Positions 53,101 through 64,000 of a DNA stretch of 64,000 nucleotides are shown here, piece by piece. The notes under the pieces were generated by a model. The model made no database searches. It saw nothing but the letters and a program-made list of their open reading frames with translations, and had not been told where the DNA came from. This DNA comes from Macrostomum hystrix (lineage: Eukaryota; Animalia; Platyhelminthes). The stretch spans positions 5,890,001-5,954,000 of the forward strand of contig CATNEN010000007.1 of NCBI GenBank assembly GCA_950097015.1, written 5' to 3'. The position numbers and the translations under genes are program-made. Numbering within the stretch: the stretch's first letter is position 1; the number at the start of each line of letters is the position of its first letter.

Positions 53101-55819
53101 TAAGTTTCGATGCAGACCCTGGGTTTCATTTTTTAGATAAATGATTGCTAGAGCTGAACAACCTAGCGGTTTTTGCCTGCAGGTGAGGCCCTACCTGATG
53201 GAGGTGTCTGGCGGCTACTCGGGCTACAGCATCAGCGTTCTGGAGAAGATCAGCGCCAACCTATTCACCTACGATCTCACCAGCATCAAACTGGGTCCGA
53301 ACTACTTCGACCTGGTCCAGCGTGGAGTGCGTTCGTAGTTTTTACAGTGGCTCATTTTTCTTAGAAAAGTCTTTCTTCGTAAATATCTGCCTTTACAGAA
53401 GATGGTCAACCGTCAAAGTATAAAGTAAAATACAAATAAGTGAATTTTTGCTGGAATTTCAGGAGGCAGACATGACGCTTAACCTCGTGGAGCTGACGAC
53501 TGACCTGCTCAATGTAACTCGCGTCTCCTTCAGCGAGATTCCACTGATGAACAGCGGGGTCGCCGCAATGGGTAGGTCGGCTGTCAAGGAAGTGGACTTC
53601 CTCAGCCCCCTTTATCCGCTCACCTGGAACGTCTGGTTCGCCATCATCGCGGCGTTTATCCTACTGTCTGCTACGCTGTACCTCACTGACAAGATCAGCC
53701 CCAACGACTACAAGCGGCCGAAATTCAGCGTGGCCAAGGCGGCATTCTTTGTCTATTCCTCGTTCGTGATGTCCAAGCTGAAGTCCTCGGCGGTGAAGCC
53801 GAGCTCTCGCATCTTCATCCTAATACTGTGGTTCGCCTCGCTGATGTACTGCACAACCTACGGCACGAACTACTTCTTCCTGCTAATCCGCACCAACCCC
53901 AACCTGCCATTCACCTCAATGGAGCAGCTGTACAATATGAGGAACGATTACTACTGGATGATGGTGCGGAACAGCTCGGAGTACAGGCTGTTGAGCGCTC
54001 AGAACTCCAGCACCGTGTACAACAAGCTCGTCACGTCCTCGCCGGTGTTCGTCCCCAGCATCGCAGCCGCGGCCGGCATCGTGAAGAACTCGACGCTGCC
54101 GGGGCAGAAAAGGCCGATCTTCATCGGCGACGAGCTGGCGGTGAATTACTACGCAGCCAGCGACTGTGACCTGAAGTCGGCTGGCAAAAGCGAGCTCTCG
54201 CGCAGCTTTCATCTGGTGTTCAGCAGCTCCTTGGACCAGAAGCTTATAACAAACATCAATATCCGACTCCAGGAGCTCAGCGACCGCGGCGAGCTAGAGC
54301 AGATCAAAAACAAGTGAGCTTCAGCCAGGAAAGAAAAATTTTAAATCATAAACACTCCCTTCACGCATGCTACTCAAGAGGTACAAACCAACCTTACTCC
54401 TACCAGCCTCACTCCTACCAGCCTCACTCCTACCAGCCTCACTCCCATCAGCCTCACTCCCATCAGCCTCACTCCTATCAGCCTCACTCCTATCAGCCTC
54501 ACTCGTATCAGCCTCACTCCTATCAGCCTCACTCCCATCAGCCTCACCCCTACCAGCCTCACTCCTACCAGCCTCACCCCTACCAGCCTCACTCCTATCA
54601 GCCTCACTCCTATCAGCCTCACTCCTATCAGCCTCACTCCTATCAGCCTCACTCCTATCAGCCTCACTCCTACCAGCCTCACTCCTATCAGCCTCACTCC
54701 TACCAGCCTCACTCCTATCAGCCTCACTCCTATCAGCCTCACTCCTATCAGCCTCACTCCTATCAGCCTCACTCCTATCAGCCTCACTCCTACCAGCCTC
54801 ACTCCTATCAGCCTCACTCCTATCAGCCTCACTCCTATCAGCCTCACTCCTATCAGCCTCACTCCTACCAGCCTCACTCCTATCAGCCTCACTCCTACCA
54901 GCCTCACTCCTATCAGCCTCACTCCTATCAGCCTCACTCCTATCAGCCTCACTCCTATCAGCCTCACTCCTATCAGCCTCACTCCTATCAGCCTCACTCC
55001 TATCAGCCTCACTCCTATCAGCCTCACTCCTATCAGCCTCACTCCTACCAGCCTCACTCCTATCAGCCTCACTCCTACCAGCCTCACTCCTATCAGCCTC
55101 ACTCCTATCAGCCTCACTCCTATCAGCCTCACTCCTATCAGCCTCACTCCTATCAGCCTCACTCCTATCAGCCTCACTCCTATCAGCCTCACTCCTATCA
55201 GCCTCACTCCTATCAGCCTCACTCCTATCAGCCTCACTCCTATCAGCCTCACTCCTATCAGCCTCACTCCTATCAGCCTCACTCCTACCAGCCTCACTCC
55301 TATCAGCCTCACTCCTACCAGCCTCACTCCTATCAGCCTCACTCCTATCAGCCTCACTCCTATCAGCCTCACTCCTATCAGCCTCACTCCTACCAGCCTC
55401 ACTCCTATCAGCCTCACTCCTATCAGCCTCACTCCTATCAGCCTCACTCCTACCAGCCTCACTCCTACCAGCCTCACTCCTATCAGCCTCACTCCTATCA
55501 GCCTCACTCCTATTAACTACTCAGCTACTGGTCGGTGCTGCTCTGCTCCGCAAGTGAGAATCTCATCACCTACTCGGAGCTGACGGAGGTGACAATCGAT
55601 CAAGTTGCTGGCATCTTCATCGTTCTGGCAGCAGCCTTCGTGTTATCGTTCCTGGTGGTTGCACTAGAGTACGTTGCCTACATCATAGGGCTGCAGGTTC
55701 AGAGAACGGTGAGTCCATCACTTACCTGCAGGGGGCATCGACCCTGGAACAGTCGGGAGCCGTGTCGCGCAGGGGTTCCGGTGGTGCCGGCATCCGTCAG
55801 GAGAGTTCTCAAGGTATAG
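50164..55819 (+). CDS. Highly divergent ionotropic glutamate receptor / IR-like subunit B
   Basis: First exon from 50164 MPAKAIALLFVAAALWGVCA (signal peptide). ATD exons at 50.3-53.0 kb. S1: VRPYLM..YSGYSISVLEKI and EADMTL..VSFSEIPLMNSGV. M1: FLSPLYPLTWNVWFAIIAAF. M3: SSRIFILILWFASLMYCTTYGTNYFFLL. S2: PFTSMEQL..IFIGDE..DCDL..LSDRGELEQIKN. M4: TIDQVAGIFIVLAAAFVLSFLVVALEY. The 3' end is uncertain because of a possible donor near 55709. Confidence 0.85.
52370..52767. repeat. 33-bp intronic minisatellite GAATCACTGAGTACAGGATGTCATTTAGGATGG (~12 copies)
   Basis: In an ATD intron of receptor B. Confidence 0.95.
54395..55512. repeat. 15-bp intronic minisatellite CAGCCTCACTCCTAY (~75 copies)
   Basis: Between donor AA|GTGAG (~54314) and acceptor CTCAG|CTACTGG (~55525) of receptor B. 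Confidence 0.95.
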
Positions 55820-56255
55820 CGATGCTCACCTGGTAGCCCATCGGTAGCGGACGAGCAGGCATATATTGTCATGCCTGAAAACATCCAAGAGAGAGTTTTG
55901 GCCTATGTAAGTATGGCAGATAAAGTGTTCTGCGTACTGCACAATGGAGAGGTTCGGGATGAGGAATTTTACCTTTCCCTTGAAAAGGTGTCCATTTCTA
56001 ACGATAAATGAGTCTGTCTTGAGAACGCAATTTCGACTGCCCGATATTATCATTCGGTTGAGTTCAATGGTAAGGCCTTAAGCGAAACCTAGTTTTTTAA
56101 AGTTGATAACTTTTTGCTTCAAGCACACAAAAGTACCAAAGCATTTTCCATGAGTCTTGAGTGAAACTACCTGAGACTTTGAAGGTAGTTGCTTCTTGCT
56201 ACTGCTAAGTAGAGTACTGCGCGATCGCAGGGAAAAGAAAATTGATCTGGCATTT

Positions 56256-56928
56256 ATGACAGCTAGGCTGCAACATCACGCATTCCAGAGGGCCAACCCC
56301 AACTTGGAGTTCAATGCCAGCTACCGAGCTCTGGTGACCAGCATCATGCCGACTGGGGTGTACGTGAAGCTACACGGCGAGAGGGAGTTTATTCCCAACC
56401 ACATGCTGTCGCCAGATGCCTCAAAGGTGAGGCTAATTAGCCAATTTTATTCCTGATCCCAAGTTACCCCAGCGCCCAGTGGTTTAAGCTTCGAACACGT
56501 GACCTCTCAGCAATACAGCCTTTGGACTGCTGGCTGTACACTGCCTTTGGACAGCTGGCTGTACACTGCCTTTGGTCAGCTGGCTGTACACAGCCTTTGG
56601 TCAGCTGGCTGTACACTGCCTTTGGACTGCTGGCTGTACATAGCCTTTGGTCAGCTGGCTGTACACAGCCTTTGGACAGCTGTGCCACTGGCTGTGCCAC
56701 TGGCTGTGCCACTGGCTGTAACATGTGGCCTCACTATCTATTTAACATTCTATCCAGATAGGAATAGTTGAGCATAGCAACAAAGCCGTCAAAGCCTAGC
56801 CCCGACATTTTCACTCGCAGGGCATGACGGCCTCGGACCTGCAGATCTCCTACGGCTCCTTCATTGAAATCATCTACCTGGGCAATGACCCGGTCGAGGG
56901 CTATCGCATCTTCCGCAGACGCGGCTGA
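56256..56928 (+). CDS. Small stand-alone S1 RNA-binding-domain protein resembling the C-terminal S1 domain of mitochondrial PNPase (PNPT1), ~92 aa
   Basis: Exons 56256-56426 and 56821-56928 join in phase 0: ...NLEFNASYRALVTSIMPTGVYVKLHGEREFIPNHMLSPDASK|GMTASDLQISYGSFIEIIYLGNDPVEGYRIFRRRG*. This parallels the recalled PNPT1 S1 pattern LEFG..Y.A.I..I...GV.VKL...I...Y.G.DP..G...R. Confidence 0.68.
56515..56720. repeat. 25-bp intronic minisatellite (CTTTGGTCAGCTGGCTGTACACAGC) followed by a 12-bp repeat
   Basis: In the intron of the S1-domain gene. Confidence 0.88.
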
Positions 56929-57325
56929 CATGTCAAAGGCGTGACAAACCGTGTATTTCCCAACAAAAATTCGACCCGCGCTAACAATGTACCCGTAGTT
57001 GGCTTGCTTATTCCGGAAGCGTATATTCGCTCGTGTCTACTCATTGCTTCACCCAAACCTTATTTTGTCTCGACTTAGAGATCAATTTTCAAATTTCAGT
57101 CGCATCAAAATATATTTGCCAGCCAATTTAGCGAATTCGAGTATTAAGCTTCGAGACTCCGAATAGAGGCATAATAGCCGCTAACAACAATGGACAAGTC
57201 AGTGGCCTCGTACTCAAGCGAGCACATAGGCACATATGTCTCTTTTCGTAATGAAAATAGGCGCAAAAATACAATGATAACAGAAAGCCACACGCCGACC
57301 ACAAAGTGGCTGAAAGGGGCAGGCG

Positions 57326-59088
57326 TCAAATCGCACGCTTCAAGGCATGGTCTCTGATCTGCTTCATGATGGATGCCTGGCTGGGTGTTCGCTGGGTGTC
57401 ACCAAAAGACGGTCGGTGTAGCGAGCCGCTTGTCCCTGTCCGCGCCTGCGCGGTCCCTGCAGAGTCCACAGCAGGACGTCCTGTAGCGGTTCTGGGCAGT
57501 AGGCTTCGGCAAGGATGACATGCCAGCAGGACAGAAGGACGCTGGGACAGAGAGTCAGTTGTCTCGCTGCCACGGCCGCGGTGGGCACCAAATGCGGCGC
57601 GAACCAGAGCCGCATGCGCCGCGTGGAGCTGCCCGTCGAGCGAGCAAGGTGGTCTCGACAACAGCTGGGACCTGCTGCCTTGAACAGCTGGGACCTGGTG
57701 CTGCCTGGAACAGCTGGGACCTGCGGCATGGAACAGCTGGGACCTGGTGCTGCCTGGAACAGCTGGGACCTGGTGCTGCCTGGGACCTGGTGCTGCCTGG
57801 AACAGCTGGGACCTGGTGCTGCCTGGAACAGCTGGGACCTGGTGCTGCCTGGAACAGCTGGGACCTGCTGCATGGAATATCTGGGACCTGCTGCCTGGAA
57901 CAGCTGGGACCTGGTGCTGCCTGGAACAGCTGGGACCTGGTGCTGCATGGAACAGCTGGGACCTGGTGCTGCCTGGAACAGCTGGGACCTGCTGCCTGGA
58001 ACAGCTGGGACCTGCTGCCTGGAACAGCTGGGACCTGGTGCTGCCTGGAACAGCTGGGACCTGGTGCTGCCTGGAACAGCTGGGACCTGCTGCCTGGAAC
58101 AGCTGGGACCTGCTGCCTGGAACAGCTGGGACCTGCTGCCTGGAACAGCTGGGACCTGGTGCTGCCTGGAACAGCTGGGACCTGCTGCCTGGAACAGCTG
58201 GGACCTGGTGCTGCCTGGAACAACTGGGACCTGCTGCCTGGAACAGCTGGGACCTGCTGCCTGGAACAGCTGGGACCTGCTGCCTGGAACAGCTGGGACC
58301 TGGTGCTGCCTAGAACAGCTGGGACCTGCTGCCTGGAACAGCTGGGACCTGGTGCTGCCTAGAACAGCTGGGACCTGCTGCCTGGAACAGCTGGGACCTG
58401 GTGCTGCCTGGAACAGCTGGGACCTGGTGCTGCCTGGAACAGCTGGGACCTGGTGCTGCATGGAACAGCTGGGACCTGGTGCTGCATGGAACAGCTGGGA
58501 CCTGGTGCTGCCTGGAACAACTGGGACCTGCTGCCTGGAACAGCTGGGACCTGCTGCCTGGAACAGCTGGGACCTGCTGCCTGGAACAGCTGGGACCTGG
58601 TGCTGCCTAGAACAGCTGGGACCTGCTGCCTGGAACAGCTGGGACCTGGTGCTGCCTGGAACAGCTGGGACCTGGTGCTGCCTGGAACAGCTGGGACCTG
58701 GTGCTGCATGGAACAGCTGGGACCTGGTGCTGCATGGAACAGCTGGGACCTGGTGCTGCCTGGAACAGCTGGGACCTGGTGCTGCGTGGAACAGCTGGGA
58801 CCTGGTGCTGCATGGAACAGCTGGGACCTGGTGCTGCATGGAACAGCTGGGACCTGGTGCTGCATGGAACAGCTGGGACCTGGTGCTGCATGGAACAGCT
58901 GGGACCTGGTGCTGCATGGAACAGCTGGGACCTGGTGCTGTCCGTCAGGGCTTCGGAGAGCAGCACCACCCAAACAGATCGAATGGCGTCGCTCACGTCC
59001 GCCACCAGCCCGCCGAGGGAGACGAACTGACGGCACTTCAGGAGCATCGTCTCGAGGCCATCGCTGTCGAATCTCGGCGGGGCTTGTC
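57326..59088 (-). CDS. Unidentified candidate gene segment interrupted by a minisatellite (spliced gene or pseudogene)
   Basis: Unique open frames on both sides of the repeat (..MLLKCRQFVSLGGLVADVSDAIRSVWVVLLSEALTDSTR and SQLLSRPPCSLDGQLHAAHAALVRAAF..KRAI*) are in the same frame. An acceptor-like CTTAACTGTTAG lies upstream. No recognised homologue. Confidence 0.35.
57660..58940. repeat. 23/26-bp minisatellite GGAACAGCTGGGACCT(GGT)GCTGCCT (~50 copies)
   Basis: Two length variants interspersed. Confidence 0.95.
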
Positions 59089-60018
59089 CTAACAGTTAAG
59101 CTTAATTAACTAGTACCAGCATTAGTTGAGGTAGAAAATTTAGTGATGTGGCGCCCGAACAGCTTACACAAGTGTCACTTCTATCTATGTACTATTCTAC
59201 AGACTTGGACTAAGGTTTTTGCCCACAGTCGGACGAATGTAATTAATTCGAGCTCTATCGAAGAAACACATCAGTTGAAGTAAATAATCAGATAATTTAT
59301 AATGCAGCCAGTGGTATGAGAGGACTTTACACAGCCTTGGGCTGACAGATTAGTCAATCAAAATATAAAAACAGTCTACAAGCCCAGCTTGCATTCCGCG
59401 CACGACTTGGCGCAGTTTTTTACGCAAACTCGACCTACAGTGGGACTGAGGCCGGAGTGGAACAACTGCTGCTGCTGCTGCTGCTGCTGCTGCAAACCTG
59501 TCTGCAGACCGGCTATTTGCACAGGATCTGTTACAGCTAGATCTGCTGCAACACCTTCAACTCCAGCCACTTGTTCTTCGAGAACAGGCCTCTCCAACAG
59601 ACACGGCGATACGACACGAATTGAGGAAGAGAGCAAGTCTAGAAGGGAATTGCAGCCAGGTGCACAGACTGCAGCAGCTGCCATCCACTCTCAGCAACAA
59701 CTTTACTCAGGTCGAAACCCTCTTAACTCTGGTGCCTGTTCTAAAATTATTTTTAGTGGCAGTCTTAGCTTTCGTCCTCTGGTTTTCACTTTTGCGCTAT
59801 TTGAAAAGCTGTCTTCAGCCATTGGTCAGGAGGTCTCTAGCCAATGGTAGTCTCCGTTTCTCCGACAGGCCGTTTTCCAGAACGAGAAAGTAGCGTGGGA
59901 CACGAGACAAACCGGCAGAGAAGTTCTCGCACGTTTCGCCTGATTGTCTCCCTGCTGTCTTCCAGTTTCTGGAGCTGTCGAATCTCTTCATTTGGCTAAG
60001 CGTCACTCGCAAACAGTG

Positions 60019-60276
60019 ATGGTGCCCTCTGTTGCCATGGCAACTCCGGGCCAGGCGATGACGCTGCTGCTGCCTCGCAATGATAGCAACGGGTCGACAG
60101 TGCCATCTGATGTCTGGATGTCCGGCGGGGACAACGTCACCTCGCTGGCATTTCAGGCGCGATACGGCTACGTGCACATCGTCCTGACCAGCTGCATCCT
60201 CGGACTCATCATTCTGTGCACCATCATTGGCAACGTATTCGTTGTGGCGGCCATCATCCTGGAGAAGAACTTGCAG
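60019..60276 (+). CDS. First coding exon of an aminergic GPCR, most like invertebrate 5-HT1-type serotonin receptors; remainder beyond the window
   Basis: N-terminus with N-glycosylation sequons (NDS, NGS, NVT), TM1 VLTSCILGLIILCTIIGNVFVVAAIILEKNLQ, then donor CAG|GTAGG. The start could be ATG 60019, 60037 or 60058. Confidence 0.85.
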
Positions 60277-63225
60277 GTAGGCATCATCTGCAAACTTTGA
60301 GTAAAAATAATCGATAGGCTCACATTCGTGAACACACTTCGTTTTGCCAGGTATTTGGCCGTTAGTATCGCAAAGCAAACACCTGTGATATTTTTAGTTC
60401 ATTTGCGATCGCGTGTCAAAACCTGTAGAGAAAGCATTCGAATTGCACAAGACCTTGCTAAAATACGTGCAAGCCACTTGACTGCGGGCCTTGCGGTTCA
60501 CTGCCTCGCTAGTCAGGCGACAATGTCAAACCCAGCACGACCCGGTTCCCAAGTTTTCTGCGCTGCGAAGTAGCATCGGGGTCGAATTCGCACCGAGCGG
60601 GGGTCCAAGGGCGGGGTCGGGTACACGGGCGAGGCACTCGCCCGGATCACTGCTTTGCTTAGATTTCACGAATCCGACCCGCCCACACGCGTGAGGGCAA
60701 ACAGTAAGCCGAGGGAGGGCAGGGAGTAGTCCTGAGAAAGGATCCCAAAGGTGTGCGTGGAGAAAGGTGACACCTCTCGATGCGGGAGCTTGCATGCCAT
60801 CGAGACAGCTCGAAAACTTGCGCTTGGTCCGCGCCGTGGAGCATCCCGACCTCCGGCCTCGACTTTCCCGTCGCTGGGGAAACTGAGCAATGTCTTGCGC
60901 CAGGCTGGCTCTTCCCGGGTGAGTCAGCCAGCCCACGATGCGCTAAGCTTAGTTTCTTGTGCACTTTTCCGTCATGGAAGAACGTCGGCAGCCTGGGAGT
61001 ACCGTTTCACTTTTTTTTGCCAACTGCTACTCAAAACAGCCTCGTGTAGACCACTCGTGAAGAATTGGGAAACCAAAGACGTTAAAGAGAGAGAGAGATT
61101 CAAACGCGGCAGTAAATTGGCTGTGGCTCGATGAATAATTAACTATCTAATCGGTATCCGCAATCCACTGCCAGCCACTCGTTCATTCTTCTGCCTGACT
61201 GACGCCTCACTTTTTAAACAGCAAAGCTTCCACCTCCGCCTCAGTCTGCGATCGCGCCACCCCCCCCCCTCAGCAAAGTTATTTATGTTTTTGAACAACT
61301 GGCAGCTTGCAGGCTGGGTGGGTGAGGACTGAAGCCTGTTTTGATAGAAAAACAGCTGAAGCAGCGCGAATGGCAGGGGCTTCAGTCAGGGCCAGCCACG
61401 AAGCCACATGTTTTATTGCCACTCGCTGGATAGCAGGAGACTCAATTTTGCAGTTGGTTTTAGAGGCCACCACGGTTTGATGCGGTAGGGACAAACTTAA
61501 GAAATACTAATTAGCAGCAAATGCACACGGGTGAGCTCAGGTGGGCGCCACAAGCTGTCGCATGGTAGGCAAGAGGCACTTTTCCTTGCTGATCCCGGGT
61601 GGCTGCCAGGACAAAAGGAAAGCTGCTCCTAGGGAACGGGCTGGCACGGAACTGGTGGTGGACTGCGTTTGGGAGGTCCTTTGCCTCATCGCTCAACTCC
61701 CAGAGGCCCGCACGCTACCAGCCTGCTAAGCCACAAAACAAAGAAAAGAAAGAAAAAGAGGAAGACATGAAAGTAGCCGTAAAATCTCTCGATATCTGAA
61801 CTCAATTGGGACCTGTGCCAAGCTGCCGGGCGGGAGGGCAGGAGGGCCGACGTCCCGTGCTGATCAAAACGGGCCCTGCCGCCCATTTGTGTGAATAGAG
61901 GTGGAAGCGAACGCTGGCCGGGCCTTTCACAGCTAGTCGATTTTCTTAAGCTCTGCCCGGGCCCGACTTGACTTCATTTTACGGCCAGATACGGACTAAG
62001 GACTTGCCGGCGCATGGCTTTGCCAGGTGCCCCAGGTTAATGGCCTTATTTACTTCGCGGGGCCGATGAAAATTCATGTTTCCAGCCGACTTCGCCCCGG
62101 ATCCCATGGGAGCACAGATGCTCACAAAGCCAAATCCTTATCGATGTTGGACTTAGAGCAGTTATGCAGCGTGATCAGCCTCGAAATATCTCAGCTCGGG
62201 CTCCCGACGCTTTTGTTTTTCCTCTGTCCGTCTCCGTGCCAGGTCATTAGCGCTGCAGTGCCCGCCACAATGGATATCTCTCAGTGGCTGAGAACGCCAT
62301 GGGCGAGATCATTAGCAGTTGCTGAGGACCGGGCGGGCCAGGAGCTCACAGTTAGGCTTTCAAAGGCCGCATTAAAGTGCGGCTTTATAAGGAACTCGGA
62401 GTTTCACAGGTTTATTTGACTTCTTAATCGTACTTCTTAGTTAGCGCCTAGGCTTTTCAAAATCACAATTTCTCAACAGCCTCGACTTGGGCTCTCAAAT
62501 ATATGCACGAGAATCATCGCTCACTCGACCCCGGCCTCCAGAGAAGAGGCTGAAAGTGGAGCCCCGCGGACTTCAAACTGGTCGAATCCTTCCCCGAAAT
62601 CCCTCCCGGAGGTCTGGGGGCGGGGGGGCACTCGGACTTGCCAAAATTTGCATTCAAGTCTCGGCCGCGCGCTGAACGAAACGTCAGGAATTAAGTGACC
62701 ACGGCTGCACTTCTTTCAGTAGCTGGTCCTCGCCTGTGCCGGCATAATCTTCCATCAATTCTGCTGCTCAACTTTTATTAATGCTCTGTCTCGAAAAATT
62801 GCTCTGGCATGCAGCTATTAGTTAGACTGAGCGAGCACCTGCGCATAATCACGAGCGGGCAGGCTGCTCAGTCGATGAGTGAGCTCAAAAAGTTGGCCAA
62901 GCGCCTAGAGATTAGACTACATCAGTCCTGACTGGCACGGAGGTCTCAGCGTTGCACAGATCTTCAAGTGGCTGGCTGTATGTCAAGCTGCAGCAGTACA
63001 GAACCAAGCAGTAGGGCCTAGTACCTGTCGTACAGTCTCATGAAGACTAATTCGACATCAAGCACCAATATAGAACAAAGACTTTTGTCTTTGTTTAGTC
63101 ATTAAAATTATATTATTTTAATTGTTCTCCATCTTTTGAATCGAATCAAGAATTATGCTAAGCATCCAAGTTAATTAAATATACATCTGGCCCAGTTGCG
63201 CATGCTCCCCCGCGCAAATCACTTC

Positions 63226-63292
63226 CCTTGGACTGGGATACGAACTCCCGACCTCTCAGTCAGAAGTTCGAAGCATAAAAATGTGAGCTATC
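63226..63292 (-). other. Degenerate tRNA-derived sequence (SINE head or tRNA pseudogene)
   Basis: Minus strand reads TAGCTCA...CTGAGAGGTCGGGAGTTCGTATCCC, with A-box-like and B-box-like motifs at tRNA spacing. No intact cloverleaf. Confidence 0.4.
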
Positions 63293-64000
63293 TATTTTAT
63301 AGTCTTAAAATTGCAGTCATGCACAGTACTGTACAGTACAGTAATGTACAACACCTTTAAGACGGCGTCTAATGCATAGTATGTTATACTCGTATATGAG
63401 CCTGCAGTAACTAATACAAGAGCACCTTTAGATAGGCTCGTCAAGGTTGCTTGTGCCTGACCGACCCGTGGCCCAGATGCTCAAGTCGATGGAGAAAAAG
63501 TGTAGAAGGACTCACATGAATTGAGCAGATAGACCAGTGTTTTTGATGCCGCGATGCCATGAGTCTGGTGGGAAATGGATTGATTACTAGGTGGTCGCAG
63601 GTGTACTCGCGATCGAATGCAATAAAAGAAGCCAAAGAAGCTACTCTCTGACAAAGAAGTGCTCGAGTGCTCCAAGGGCGGGAGAGAGAGAGAGAGAGTG
63701 AGCCGAAGACTCAGCGAAGCTATTGACGAATCGAGGCGCGGTGAGAAGGGACCGGGGTGTGGGCGGATGAGTCATCCAGTGGCATCGCCGACTTCGTCTC
63801 GCATCTCGCATCGTCAGGCAGCTGAGAGTCAATCACATTTAATTATTAAGCGATAGTAAATACGGAAGGCTGGCCGACACACCTGCTGTCCTTCGCGACC
63901 CTCTGTCCATCTTCTTGCTTAGGAAAACACTTGAATTCCACACGGAGCCGCCTCCCCGGAGATGATGGGGAAACAGAGCTGAGTTCTGGAGGAGTGGAAG

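Noticed and set aside
54314-55557. (YQPHS)n His-rich 400-aa protein
   Set aside because: Lies inside a GT-AG intron whose removal joins S2 to M4 of receptor B in frame.
55700-56270. S1 domain fused to the receptor B C-terminus
   Set aside because: It would need a very short intron plus weak sites. An independent ATG at 56256 is simpler. Not excluded without cDNA.
60277-64000. Short ORFs after the GPCR exon
   Set aside because: No TM2-TM7 or other recognisable motifs; consistent with a long intron.

Overview
Intron-rich animal genomic DNA. The minisatellite-filled introns and gene content suggest a free-living flatworm such as Macrostomum, but this is inference only. Gene order: 3' end of a Slo2/KCNT potassium channel (+); an intronless CABIT-like (GAREM/THEMIS/Serrano-type) adaptor (-); two tandem 4-EF-hand calcium-binding genes (+); a giant secreted protein gene (21904-45560, +); two very divergent ionotropic glutamate-receptor-like genes head-to-head; a small gene encoding only a PNPase-type S1 domain; an unidentified minus-strand ORF split by a minisatellite; and the first coding exon of a 5-HT1-like aminergic GPCR. 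The giant gene splices by hand into one frame of about 5,290 aa: signal peptide, WSC, two hemicentin-type vWA modules, 44 cationic WSC domains, a third vWA module and a final WSC. The 44 WSC domains are encoded by 11 near-identical ~1.72-kb three-exon units. At least 15 unrelated mini/microsatellites and one hAT-type non-autonomous element carrying a minisatellite are also present. All exon structures and family calls come from manual reading and recalled motifs; no searches were run.
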